Source of the DNA: Bacteroidaceae bacterium
GTDB lineage: Bacteria > Bacteroidota > Bacteroidia > Bacteroidales > Bacteroidaceae
Direction of reading: 5' to 3'
DNA: 61,116 bases
NCBI GenBank assembly: GCA_963634425.1
Contig: CAVHCL010000128.1
Span: forward strand, 8,751-69,866
Below, piece by piece: positions 1 through 9,060 of the stretch (its first letter is position 1; each line of letters starts with the position of its first letter). The notes below the pieces were generated by a model, which did not search any database, was not told the DNA's origin, and saw only the letters and a program-made list of their open reading frames with translations. The translations under genes were made by a program, and so were the position numbers.

Positions 1-1
1 C

Positions 2-2221
2 CTTTGTGTACTTGCGGTCTTCGACCTTGTGGTAGGCGTAAGCAACGATGCCGTCAACTTCATAAACGGCGCAATAGGAGCCAAGGTGGCATCTTACAAG
101 GTTATCATAGCCGTTGCGGCGGCAGGGGTGTTCTTGGGAGCGGTAATGTCCAACGGCATGATGGACGTGGCACGGCACGGTATCTTCTCCCCACAGTATT
201 TCACCTTCTACGAGGTGATGTGCATCTTTCTTGCGGTAATGGTGACAGATGTCGTGCTTTTGGACATCTTCAACTCGTTTGGAATGCCTACGTCCACCAC
301 TGTGAGCCTTGTCTTTGAGATGCTGGGAGGCGCTTTTGCTTTGTCTGTCATAAAGATGGCTTCCGGAGCTATAGGACCCGACGGCATGGAGTTGGGTATT
401 GGCGAGTTGCTGAACACGGACAAGGCATTGAGCGTGATTATGGCCATATTCATGAGTGTAGCAATAGCCTTTGTGTTCGGTGTGCTTGTAATGTGGTTAA
501 GCCGTATGCTCTTTACATTTGTCAAGCCGTCCAACCGGTCTGTGCGCACCATACTCTTCGGTGCTTTGTGCGCCACCGCCATCGTCTGGTTTCTGCTTAT
601 AAACGGGCTGAAGGGCTCAACCCTCATGACTCCCGAACTTAACGCGTACATATCCGAAAACACCCTTACCATCATTGCGGGCTGTATGGTTGTCATGACA
701 CTTATAATGATTGTACTGTCGTTGTTCAAGGTGGACATACTCACAGTCGTGGTATTGTTGGGAACATTCGCTCTCGCCATGGCATTCGCTGGCAACGACT
801 TGGTGAACTTCATCGGAGTGCCTCTGACAGGGCTTGACTCATATCTCGATTATACTGCCAACGGGAACGGACAGCCTCACGAATTCCTCATGGTGTCTCT
901 TCACGAAAGCGCGCACACACCCATATCATATTTGATGATAGCCGGCACGGTGATGGTGCTTACCCTGATGTTCTCCAAGAAAGCGCAGAATGTGGTGAAG
1001 ACGAGCGTCGACCTAAGCAGGCAAGACGAGGGGGACGAGATGTTCGGTTCGTCCGGCGTGGCACGCACCTTAGTCCGCTCGACCATGAAAAGCAGCAGTA
1101 CCATTTGCAAGCTCCTCCCCGCACCGTTTAAGAAATATGTGAACAGCCGTTTCAACTCGGAAGAACTCTCACTGCCCGAAGGCGCCGCCTTCGACAAGGT
1201 AAGAGCCAGTGTCAACCTGGTGCTTGCCGGACTTCTCGTGGCAATGGGCACAGCCTATAAATTGCCGCTCTCCACCACCTACGTTACGTTTATGGTGGCT
1301 ATGGGAGCCAGTCTGGCGGACAGGGCGTGGAGCCGCGAGAGTGCCGTATTCCGCATCACAGGTGTGATTTCCGTGATAGGAGGCTGGTTCATAACGGCAG
1401 GCGTGGCATTCTTCTTCGCTTTCATCGTCACCGCTTTCATGTATTTCGGCAGTTACGCCGCCATGGCAGCATCCATAGCACTTGCCATATTCCTCATCAT
1501 CAGCAGCAACATGAAGTTCTCAAAGAAGGTCGTCAAGCAAAAGGACGTGCTCTTCGACAAGATTATGCACACGACCGACAAAAATGAGATATGGGGGCTT
1601 CTGTGCCAACATATAAACGAGGGTAACGCCAAGCATCTGTCCGCAGTGGAAAACGCATACCGCACGGACACAGACTCCCTGCTGACGGAAAGCTACAAAG
1701 GCCTGAAACAAACCTCGTACCTGATAGACGAGCAGCGCAAAGACCTGAAGAGGCAACGCCGGCGCGAGTTGCTTTCCATGCAGCGTCTCGACCCTCTCAA
1801 GGTTATATCCCGCAACACATGGTATTTCCTGGGTATCAACTCATGCTCGCAGATGCTCTATTGCATGAAGCGTATCAACGACCCCATTAGAGAGCACATA
1901 GGCAACAACTTCTCCTCACTTCCTAAAGAGGAGTGTGGGGCATTCATCAAGCTCAGAGACGGCGTACTGTCCGTGTACGAGCAGGCACGGAAGATGCTGG
2001 AGAGCGGCGATTATTCGAAAACGGATGCTTTACGCAACGAATGTACCGTCGTACAGAAGCAACTCTCGGCTGCGCGTAAACAGACAATAGACACCCTCCA
2101 AGACAACAAGGTGAACATGAACACCCAGCTCATCACCATTCTCATCCTGCAGGAATCCCAGGAACTGGTAGGCAATCTACGACACATGCTGCGTGGCATG
2201 AGCAAGTTTGCAGAGGAGTAG
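2..2221 (+). CDS. Inorganic phosphate transporter, PiT/PHO4 family, with a C-terminal PhoU-like helical extension. The 5' end lies outside the window.
   Basis: The frame is open from the window edge (LCVLAVFDLVVGVSNDAVNF...), so the GTG at 29 is probably internal. Duplicated PiT signature GVSNDAVNFINGAIG / AGNDLVNFIGVPL. Many TM helices. The last ~230 aa are helical and PhoU-like. Confidence 0.85.
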   Translation, partial: LCVLAVFDLVVGVSNDAVNFINGAIGAKVASYKVIIAVAAAGVFLGAVMSNGMMDVARHGIFSPQYFTFYEVMCIFLAVMVTDVVLLDIFNSFGMPTSTTVSLVFEMLGGAFALSVIKMASGAIGPDGMELGIGELLNTDKALSVIMAIFMSVAIAFVFGVLVMWLSRMLFTFVKPSNRSVRTILFGALCATAIVWFLLINGLKGSTLMTPELNAYISENTLTIIAGCMVVMTLIMIVLSLFKVDILTVVVLLGTFALAMAFAGNDLVNFIGVPLTGLDSYLDYTANGNGQPHEFLMVSLHESAHTPISYLMIAGTVMVLTLMFSKKAQNVVKTSVDLSRQDEGDEMFGSSGVARTLVRSTMKSSSTICKLLPAPFKKYVNSRFNSEELSLPEGAAFDKVRASVNLVLAGLLVAMGTAYKLPLSTTYVTFMVAMGASLADRAWSRESAVFRITGVISVIGGWFITAGVAFFFAFIVTAFMYFGSYAAMAASIALAIFLIISSNMKFSKKVVKQKDVLFDKIMHTTDKNEIWGLLCQHINEGNAKHLSAVENAYRTDTDSLLTESYKGLKQTSYLIDEQRKDLKRQRRRELLSMQRLDPLKVISRNTWYFLGINSCSQMLYCMKRINDPIREHIGNNFSSLPKEECGAFIKLRDGVLSVYEQARKMLESGDYSKTDALRNECTVVQKQLSAARKQTIDTLQDNKVNMNTQLITILILQESQELVGNLRHMLRGMSKFAEE

Positions 2222-2229
2222 AAAGCCCA

Positions 2230-2276
2230 CACAATCCGCACTGTCAGAAGTCAAGGTCTGCCCAGTGCGGATTGTG
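2230..2276. terminator. Hairpin between the convergent PiT and EEP genes (candidate bidirectional terminator)
   Basis: Perfect 14-bp inverted repeat CACAATCCGCACTG (2230-2243) / CAGTGCGGATTGTG (2263-2276) with a 19-nt loop. The right arm overlaps the last codons of the minus-strand gene. There is no U-tract. Confidence 0.4.
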
Positions 2277-3104
2277 GTCGGAAAGATGGGCGTCGAAGTG
2301 CGGGGGCTCTATGTGAGTCCTTTCCACATGTATGTTCGGCGTAACGAAAATATAGTCTATCTTGCCACACTCAAGAGGATGTATAGACCCGAAATCGTGG
2401 AAGGTGTACGTCGTGCCGGTATGGTTGGGTGAACTGTGGTAAGCGTCGTACATACGGAAAGAACTGCTTATCATTGTTTTGTAGGCTTCGTTGCTTTCTT
2501 CTATGTTGAAGTCTCCGGTAACCACAGCCGGCTTGTCGCCTACTATCTCCTGTATTTTCTTCATTATAAGCAGGGCACTTTGTTTGCGCGCCTCCACACC
2601 TACGTGATCAAAATGGGTGTTCACCGCCATAAACACTTTGCCTGTTGCCTTGTCGCGCAGCTTCGCATAGCTGGCAATTCTCTCCAATGCGGCATCCCAA
2701 CCTTTGCTGCCTGGCGCATCTGGAGTCTCGCTCAACCAGAAGTTGCCCTTCTCCACGGCTTCAAATCTGTCTTTCAGGAAAAAGACCGGACTGTACTCTC
2801 CCTTTGTCTTACCGTCGGTTCTGCCGACACCCACATAGTCGTACTCGGGCAGACGCTCTATCAAGTCGAGCAACTGTGGATGGGTCACCTCCTGCATTCC
2901 TATTATGTCTATATTGTTGTCTTTTACGTATTTGGCAACACGGTCTTTGCGGACATCCCATCCCACACCTTTCTTGTCGTCGCTTCCATTCTTGAGCCTG
3001 ACATTGAAAGTTCCCCATCGTACATTTGTTTTGACCTCCGTCTTCGCTACTGCAAAGACAGGCAACAAGAGCATCAAGATACTCCAGAAAAATCTTCTTC
3101 TCAT
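2244..3104 (-). CDS. Secreted endonuclease/exonuclease/phosphatase (EEP) family protein
   Basis: N-terminal signal peptide MRRRFFWSILMLLLPVFAVA. EEP motifs: WGTFNVR, IIGMQEV, VNTHFDH, VTGDFN, SDHNP. Confidence 0.85.
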   Translation of the reverse strand: MRRRFFWSILMLLLPVFAVAKTEVKTNVRWGTFNVRLKNGSDDKKGVGWDVRKDRVAKYVKDNNIDIIGMQEVTHPQLLDLIERLPEYDYVGVGRTDGKTKGEYSPVFFLKDRFEAVEKGNFWLSETPDAPGSKGWDAALERIASYAKLRDKATGKVFMAVNTHFDHVGVEARKQSALLIMKKIQEIVGDKPAVVTGDFNIEESNEAYKTMISSSFRMYDAYHSSPNHTGTTYTFHDFGSIHPLECGKIDYIFVTPNIHVERTHIEPPHFDAHLSDHNPHWADLDF

Positions 3105-3328
3105 TTTCTACGTTGTTTGAATTTGTTAATGTTATGTGAATATGTAATCCTAAAATTTCCGGCTTGTGACATAAGTTCTCACCTATATTCTGTCCACAAA
3201 ATTAAATATTTTTGCGGAAATGCAAAAGCAAACAAACCGGCAAATGTGAAAAAATGTATTTTTGTTTGCCTGACGGCAATATAATAAGTAACTTTGAAGC
3301 GAAATCTTACGGAACACGACCATATATT

Positions 3329-4450
3329 ATGGAAAAGAAATACAAACAGATTAAGGACGATGCCCGACTGTCGGAAACGTTGGGGAGTGATGTACGCGAG
3401 CTGAGACACTTTGCATTCCAAAGCGTCAACCTGACCGCCGACTGCAGTGCCGCGCTCTCGCACACATACAGGGACTGTCTTTTCATAGGATGCACGCTGC
3501 CCATGGGACTTAAAAAGCAGTCGTGCGACTGTCTCTTCCTGCCGGACATGGGCGAAACATTCCATTACCGCAGCCGTCTGTATTCCCCGGAGGAGCTGTA
3601 CGAAGGTTACGTCCCGTCGTGTCCGAAGAGTTACGACAAGTGTTACGACGGCGTGGTGTACAAGCACTATCTGAGAAAAGGCAAGCGCGAAAGCGATGTC
3701 AAAGAGACTTTGGCACGCTGTCTGCACGACCATAGCATAAGCGACTGCCTGTACGACTTTCTCTCGGACTACAATGAACATTGCCTCATAGGGGTGATGG
3801 GCGGACACGGACTGCCACGCACCCACGACGCTTACAGACAGATAGCCCAACTCTCCAAACGGCTTACGGAAAAGGGATTCCTTATGGTGACCGGCGGAGG
3901 TCCGGGGGCAATGGAGGCCACACATCTCGGAGCGTGGATGGCAGGACGCACAGAGGAAGATCTGGACGAAGCGTTGAACATAATACGCACAGCCCCCACA
4001 TTCAGCGACAGCGGATGGCTGGAGACGGCATGGAAAGTGCACGACACATACCCGCAGAACAAATATGTAAGTCTTGGAGTGCCCACATGGCTCTATGGAC
4101 ACGAACCCTCCACGCCATTTGCCACGCACATAGCCAAGTATTTCGACAACAGCATACGCGAGGACGGCATCCTGAGCATTGCCAAAGGAGGTATCATATA
4201 TACCCCGGGGAGTGCGGGCACGCTACAGGAGATATTCCAGGAAGCGGTGCAAAACCACTATCTTACTTTCGGATATTCATGCCCTATGATATTTCTCGGG
4301 GTGGACTTTTGGACAAAAGAGGTTCCCGTGTGGACGCTGATAAACTATCTCGTGGAAAAGGGTACATACAAGAACCTCTTGCTCACGCTCACAGACTCCC
4401 CGGACGAGATAGAGAAAGTTCTCAAGGGGTCATCTTCCGAGCCTCGGTGA
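3329..4450 (+). CDS. LOG-family (TIGR00730-like Rossmann) protein with a ~150-aa N-terminal extension
   Basis: GVMGGHG...VTGGGPGAMEA...PGSAGTLQEIFQ matches the LOG / lysine-decarboxylase-like fold. I prefer the ATG at 3329 (MEKKYKQ) to the ORF-track start at 3212. A TAttTTTG box lies at 3257-3264, upstream of 3329. Confidence 0.7.
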   Translation: MEKKYKQIKDDARLSETLGSDVRELRHFAFQSVNLTADCSAALSHTYRDCLFIGCTLPMGLKKQSCDCLFLPDMGETFHYRSRLYSPEELYEGYVPSCPKSYDKCYDGVVYKHYLRKGKRESDVKETLARCLHDHSISDCLYDFLSDYNEHCLIGVMGGHGLPRTHDAYRQIAQLSKRLTEKGFLMVTGGGPGAMEATHLGAWMAGRTEEDLDEALNIIRTAPTFSDSGWLETAWKVHDTYPQNKYVSLGVPTWLYGHEPSTPFATHIAKYFDNSIREDGILSIAKGGIIYTPGSAGTLQEIFQEAVQNHYLTFGYSCPMIFLGVDFWTKEVPVWTLINYLVEKGTYKNLLLTLTDSPDEIEKVLKGSSSEPR

Positions 4451-5651
4451 CACTGATAGGCTTTCCACCTATGTGAGCCACTATGAAGGCATCCGGGAAC
4501 TTGTGCTTTATGCTTTCCTTGGTCTTTTGGGCTTGTTTGTAGTCTGTAGTGCCTCCGTACAGACCTTTATACATATTGCCGTCTTTGACGAAAGTCACTG
4601 GCGAGAGTCCTTTCAGCCTGGAATCTTCACATGAGGTTTCCTTTCTTACAGCCACTATCTGTATACTGTACACCGGAACAGAAGTCGTGGGAGCGCCGTT
4701 GTTTTGTGCAGTGTCCTTAACCGTTTCTACAACGGAATTGACTTCTTTTCCTGTTGCGGCGACAGGGATTTCATCCTTGGGTGTCCTGTCCGTCTTAGGC
4801 TCAACGGCATCCTCATTAACGGTTTCTCCTTTTCTCATACGCTTGTACACTCCGGGAACGTTCAGGTGATAGGCATTTATTCCGCTTTTCATGTTACCGC
4901 TGTTCCGCAGTTTCATCAAGCTCTGCGCCTGCGTCCTGGCTTGCGTGGTGGTGTAATACTCCATAAGAGCGTTGAAGATGTTGACGGCTATCTCTTTCTT
5001 TCCATCCTTGCTTGTCATGTATGCGGCATCCTCTATGTTGCTGAGGAAGCCTATCTCTGTGAGCACGGCCGGCATGTTGGTGTTCTGGCACACATAGAGA
5101 TTTTTCTTCCTGGCCCCTCTCATACTTGGGCGTTCGCTTTCCATATAGTTCTTTTGCAAGAGACGCGCCAACAGTTCGCTTCTGTCAATTGTCCTGCTCA
5201 GCGAACCGCTCCTCACTGTGTTGTGCGTCTGTCCGAGATTGGCGTAGAAAGTCTCCGTGCCGGACATAAGCCGGCTGGGGGCGGAATTGACATGTATGCT
5301 GAGAAAGAGGTCGGCGTTCGCCTTGTTTGCTTTCTTGCATCTGTTGTCCAGAGAGACGAAACGGTCGTCGCTCCTGGTCATTATCACTTTGATGCCCGGC
5401 TTGTGTTTTGCGAGCAGTTCCTTCACCATAACGGCAATGTCGAGGTTGATGTCTTTCTCCGGATTTCCGTTGAAAGAGGTTCCTTTGTCTTTTCCTCCGT
5501 GTCCCGCATCTATCACCAATACCAGCGGACGCAAGTTACGTCCTTGGCATATACCTGCAAGGAGAAACGTCAACAGGATAATGCATATACGGGCCATGGG
5601 GGGGGTGGATTGTCGGCAACCGCCGTTTGTGTCTACGATATTATTTCTCAT
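4422..5651 (-). CDS. N-acetylmuramoyl-L-alanine amidase (Amidase_3) with a C-terminal SPOR domain
   Basis: LVIDAGHGGKDKG...LFLSIHVNS...GFLSN is the Amidase_3 signature. The last ~75 aa (VYSIQIVAVRKE...GLYGGTTDYKQAQKTKESIKHKFPDAFIV) look like SPOR. The ATG at 5651 overlaps the mfd stop as ATGA. The alternative start at 5597 (MARICIILL) gives a cleaner signal peptide. Confidence 0.85.
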   Translation of the reverse strand: MRNNIVDTNGGCRQSTPPMARICIILLTFLLAGICQGRNLRPLVLVIDAGHGGKDKGTSFNGNPEKDINLDIAVMVKELLAKHKPGIKVIMTRSDDRFVSLDNRCKKANKANADLFLSIHVNSAPSRLMSGTETFYANLGQTHNTVRSGSLSRTIDRSELLARLLQKNYMESERPSMRGARKKNLYVCQNTNMPAVLTEIGFLSNIEDAAYMTSKDGKKEIAVNIFNALMEYYTTTQARTQAQSLMKLRNSGNMKSGINAYHLNVPGVYKRMRKGETVNEDAVEPKTDRTPKDEIPVAATGKEVNSVVETVKDTAQNNGAPTTSVPVYSIQIVAVRKETSCEDSRLKGLSPVTFVKDGNMYKGLYGGTTDYKQAQKTKESIKHKFPDAFIVAHIGGKPISVTEARKMTP

Positions 5652-8600
5652 TCACTTTTCAGTGTGCCTATTCTATCAAACACCGTCATCGCGCTCTCCA
5701 CCGTAGGAACTTCAGAAACGAGCATACTGCGTTTGCCGTTCTTCTCTTCCAGACGTGAGATATGAGGGAACGAGGTGACGAAAGTTATTATCTGTCCAAA
5801 TACTCCACTCTGATAAAACGGACTGTCTGCCGAAGAGACGAAGTACATACGCATCTTACCGTTTTTCAATACTATGCGTTCGCAGGCGAAGAGTTTTCCC
5901 ATACGTCGGAGGGCGACTACGCGTATAAGTTCCTCTCCCTCGGGGGGAATGTCGCCGAAACGGTCTTTCATCCTGTGCCTGAACATCTCCACATCCTCTT
6001 CTTTCTCCAAACCGTCCAACTCTCTGTACAACAACATACGCTCGCTGCAAGTGGGTACATATTCCTCGCTGAACGACATCGGTATGTCGCTTTCCACCAC
6101 ACACTCGTCTACGTAGTCGAAACTCCCGGCAAGGTCGGATGTCTTCGCCTCTTCCCCATAGAGTTGTCCAAACTCGTCGTTGCGCAACTCGCTCACCGCC
6201 TGCGAGAGTATCTTCTGGTATGTCTCGTAACCGAGGTCTGCTATGAAACCGCTCTGCTCGGCTCCCAACATATTGCCGGCTCCGCGTATGTCCAGGTCTT
6301 GCATGGCTATGTGAATGCCGCTGCCGAGGTCGGAGAACTCCTCTACTGCCTGCAGCCGTCTACGGCTCTCCGCATTTAGCGAAGCCAGTGGAGGGGCAAG
6401 GAGATAACAGAACGCCTTACGGTGGGAACGCCCTACCCTTCCCCTCATCTGGTGGAGATCCGAGAGTCCGAAGTTGTGCGCTCCGTTTATAATAATGGTA
6501 TTGGCATTGGGAATGTCAAGTCCGCTCTCTATGATTGTGGTGGACACCAGCACGTCGTAGTCGTAGTGCGCAAAACCCAGCATCACATTCTCCAGTTCCT
6601 CGGCCGGCATCTGTCCGTGTCCCACGGCGACACGTGCGTCGGGAACATACTTGCGTATCATGTCGGCCAGTTCGTAAAGGCGGCCTATCCTGTTGTTTAT
6701 AAAGAAGACCTGTCCGCCACGGCTCATCTCAAACCCTATGGCTTCCGTTATCACTTCGGCACTGAAAGTGGTTATCTGCGTCTGTATGGGACGGCGGTTG
6801 GGCGGCGGTGTCTGTATGACGCTGAGGTCTCTTGCCCCCATAAGGCTAAACTGTAGTGTCCGTGGTATGGGGGTGGCTGTAAGTGTCAGCGTGTCCACGT
6901 TGCTCTTCATCTGGCGGAGCCGTTCCTTGGTGCTCACGCCAAACTTCTGTTCTTCGTCTATTATCAGCAGACCCAAGTCGTGGAAATGCACGGTCTTGCT
7001 CACCAGTCTGTGCGTACCCACCACGATGTTTGTCTCGCCGCTCTTCAGTTCCTGCAATATCCGTCTCGTCTCTGCCGCCGGACGTGCGCGGGTGAGGTAG
7101 TCCACCTTCACGGGGAAACGGCTAAGCCTTTCGCTGAAAGTCCGGAAATGCTGATAGGCAAGCACCGTGGTAGGCACAAGCACCGCCACCTGCTTGTTGT
7201 CGGCACAGGCTTTGAATGCCGCCCGTATGGCCACTTCCGTCTTTCCGAACCCTACGTCTCCGCAGACAAGACGATCCATAGGACGGCCGCTCTCCATGTC
7301 CGCCTTCACGTCCTGCGTAGCCTTCAGCTGGTCGGGCGTGTCCTCATACAGGAAACTTGCCTCCAGTTCGTGTTGCATAAAACTGTCCTTGCTGAACATG
7401 AACCCTTTCTCCCTCCTACGTTCCGCATAGAGCTTTATGAGGTCGCGCGCAATGTCCTTTATCTTGGTCTTTGTACGTTCCTTCATCTTCTCCCACGCCC
7501 CGGTACCCAAGGTGCTTACGCGCGGTGGCTCTCCCTCCTTGCCCTTATACTTGGAGACTTTGTGAAGGGAGTTTATGGAGACGAAGATCGTATCGTCGTT
7601 GTTGTATATTATCTTTATTACTTCCTGCATCTTATCCCCACACGGGATACGCACCAGTCCGCCGAAACGTCCTACCCCATGGTCTATATGCACCACGTAG
7701 TCGCCCACATCAAACTGCTGCAGCTCCTTCAACGTAAGGGCAACCTTGCCGTTATGCGTACATTCGCTGCGGAGACTGTACTTGTGGAAACGGTCGAAAA
7801 TCTGATGGTCTGTGAAGAAACAAGCCTTCAGTGTGTCGTCCGCATAGCCCTCGTGGAGAGTCTTGTCGACGGGAGTGAAGGTGATGTCCGAGCCGCCGTC
7901 CTCAAAGATGTTCTTCAACCGCTCCGTCTGCTTTGCGCTGTCTGCCAGTATATAGAGACGCATCCCGTCTTTGAGGTACGAGGAAAAGGACGATTTGAGA
8001 AGCTCCAGGTTCTTGTGGAACGACGGTTGTGGATGTATGGAGAAGCATATCCCCCCATCGTTGTCCCTGACTGTGGGCGAGACACGGACATGACGGAAGC
8101 CTGCCATCTGCCGCTCAAACACGGACGGGTCGACAAGTGTGTCTTCCTTTACCAGTGTCTGTGTGTCGGACTCGCTCTCTTTCTGAGCCTGAAACGAGAA
8201 TCCGTCGTCCCATATCCGCCGCACACTGTCCGCAATGTAGGTGCTGTCCCTCATCACCAACACGCTGTCCTGCGGAATAAAGGAGAGGAGCGAAGTGCTC
8301 TCGCCGTCGCCCGCCTTCATCTCGGGCACTATGCTTATGCTCTCAAGACGTTCGGTGCTAAGTTGCGTCTCCACCTCGAATGTGCGTATGCTGTCCACCT
8401 CGTCGCCGAAGAAATCTATGCGGTAAGGCAATTCGTGGGAATATGAGTATACGTCTATTATACTGCCGCGCACCGAATACTGTCCCGGTTCGTAAACATA
8501 GTCAGTACGCACGAAGCCGTAGTCGGCCAGCGTCTCCTGCACAAACATCACATCCACTTTCTCTCCCTTGCACAACCGCAGGGTCTTCTCCGAGAGCACA

Positions 8601-9022
8601 CTCTTGGCCACTGTTTTCTCCGCTAATGCCTGTGGGTATGTTACCGCTATGAGCGGTGTCCTGCCGGAGGCGAACGAGGAAAGTGCCTCTGTGCGCAATA
8701 TCCCGTTACCTGCGTCACGCTGGCCGTACTTTACGGCACGCTTGAACGAACTCGGGAAAAACAGTACCGTGTCGGCATCAAGGACTTGGGTCAAGTCGTG
8801 GTACATATAGCCGGCGGCATCCTCGTCTTCCGCTATCACCACCCACGGCGAGCGCATCACTTTGCCGTACTTGTCCGCCAAGGTGGCTATCACCATAGCG
8901 GCGGCACTTGGCGGCAGTCCGCTGACATCTATGGGAGAATTGTCTCCGGCACTTAGCCTCTCCGCTATCTGCCTCACGCAGGGATGACGGGTGTAAAGAG
9001 TCAGTATCTCCCGTATCTTCAT
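5648..9022 (-). CDS. mfd: Transcription-repair coupling factor
   Basis: 1124 aa. CarD-like region (DYVVHIDHGVGRF). Superfamily 2 helicase motifs GDVGFGKTEV, DEEQKFGV, TATPIPRT, GRVGRS. TRG region. Confidence 0.95.
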   Translation of the reverse strand: MKIREILTLYTRHPCVRQIAERLSAGDNSPIDVSGLPPSAAAMVIATLADKYGKVMRSPWVVIAEDEDAAGYMYHDLTQVLDADTVLFFPSSFKRAVKYGQRDAGNGILRTEALSSFASGRTPLIAVTYPQALAEKTVAKSVLSEKTLRLCKGEKVDVMFVQETLADYGFVRTDYVYEPGQYSVRGSIIDVYSYSHELPYRIDFFGDEVDSIRTFEVETQLSTERLESISIVPEMKAGDGESTSLLSFIPQDSVLVMRDSTYIADSVRRIWDDGFSFQAQKESESDTQTLVKEDTLVDPSVFERQMAGFRHVRVSPTVRDNDGGICFSIHPQPSFHKNLELLKSSFSSYLKDGMRLYILADSAKQTERLKNIFEDGGSDITFTPVDKTLHEGYADDTLKACFFTDHQIFDRFHKYSLRSECTHNGKVALTLKELQQFDVGDYVVHIDHGVGRFGGLVRIPCGDKMQEVIKIIYNNDDTIFVSINSLHKVSKYKGKEGEPPRVSTLGTGAWEKMKERTKTKIKDIARDLIKLYAERRREKGFMFSKDSFMQHELEASFLYEDTPDQLKATQDVKADMESGRPMDRLVCGDVGFGKTEVAIRAAFKACADNKQVAVLVPTTVLAYQHFRTFSERLSRFPVKVDYLTRARPAAETRRILQELKSGETNIVVGTHRLVSKTVHFHDLGLLIIDEEQKFGVSTKERLRQMKSNVDTLTLTATPIPRTLQFSLMGARDLSVIQTPPPNRRPIQTQITTFSAEVITEAIGFEMSRGGQVFFINNRIGRLYELADMIRKYVPDARVAVGHGQMPAEELENVMLGFAHYDYDVLVSTTIIESGLDIPNANTIIINGAHNFGLSDLHQMRGRVGRSHRKAFCYLLAPPLASLNAESRRRLQAVEEFSDLGSGIHIAMQDLDIRGAGNMLGAEQSGFIADLGYETYQKILSQAVSELRNDEFGQLYGEEAKTSDLAGSFDYVDECVVESDIPMSFSEEYVPTCSERMLLYRELDGLEKEEDVEMFRHRMKDRFGDIPPEGEELIRVVALRRMGKLFACERIVLKNGKMRMYFVSSADSPFYQSGVFGQIITFVTSFPHISRLEEKNGKRSMLVSEVPTVESAMTVFDRIGTLKSE

Positions 9023-9060
9023 TTCTTTGCTGTTTTTGGTCTTTGTCTCATGTGCGGCAT

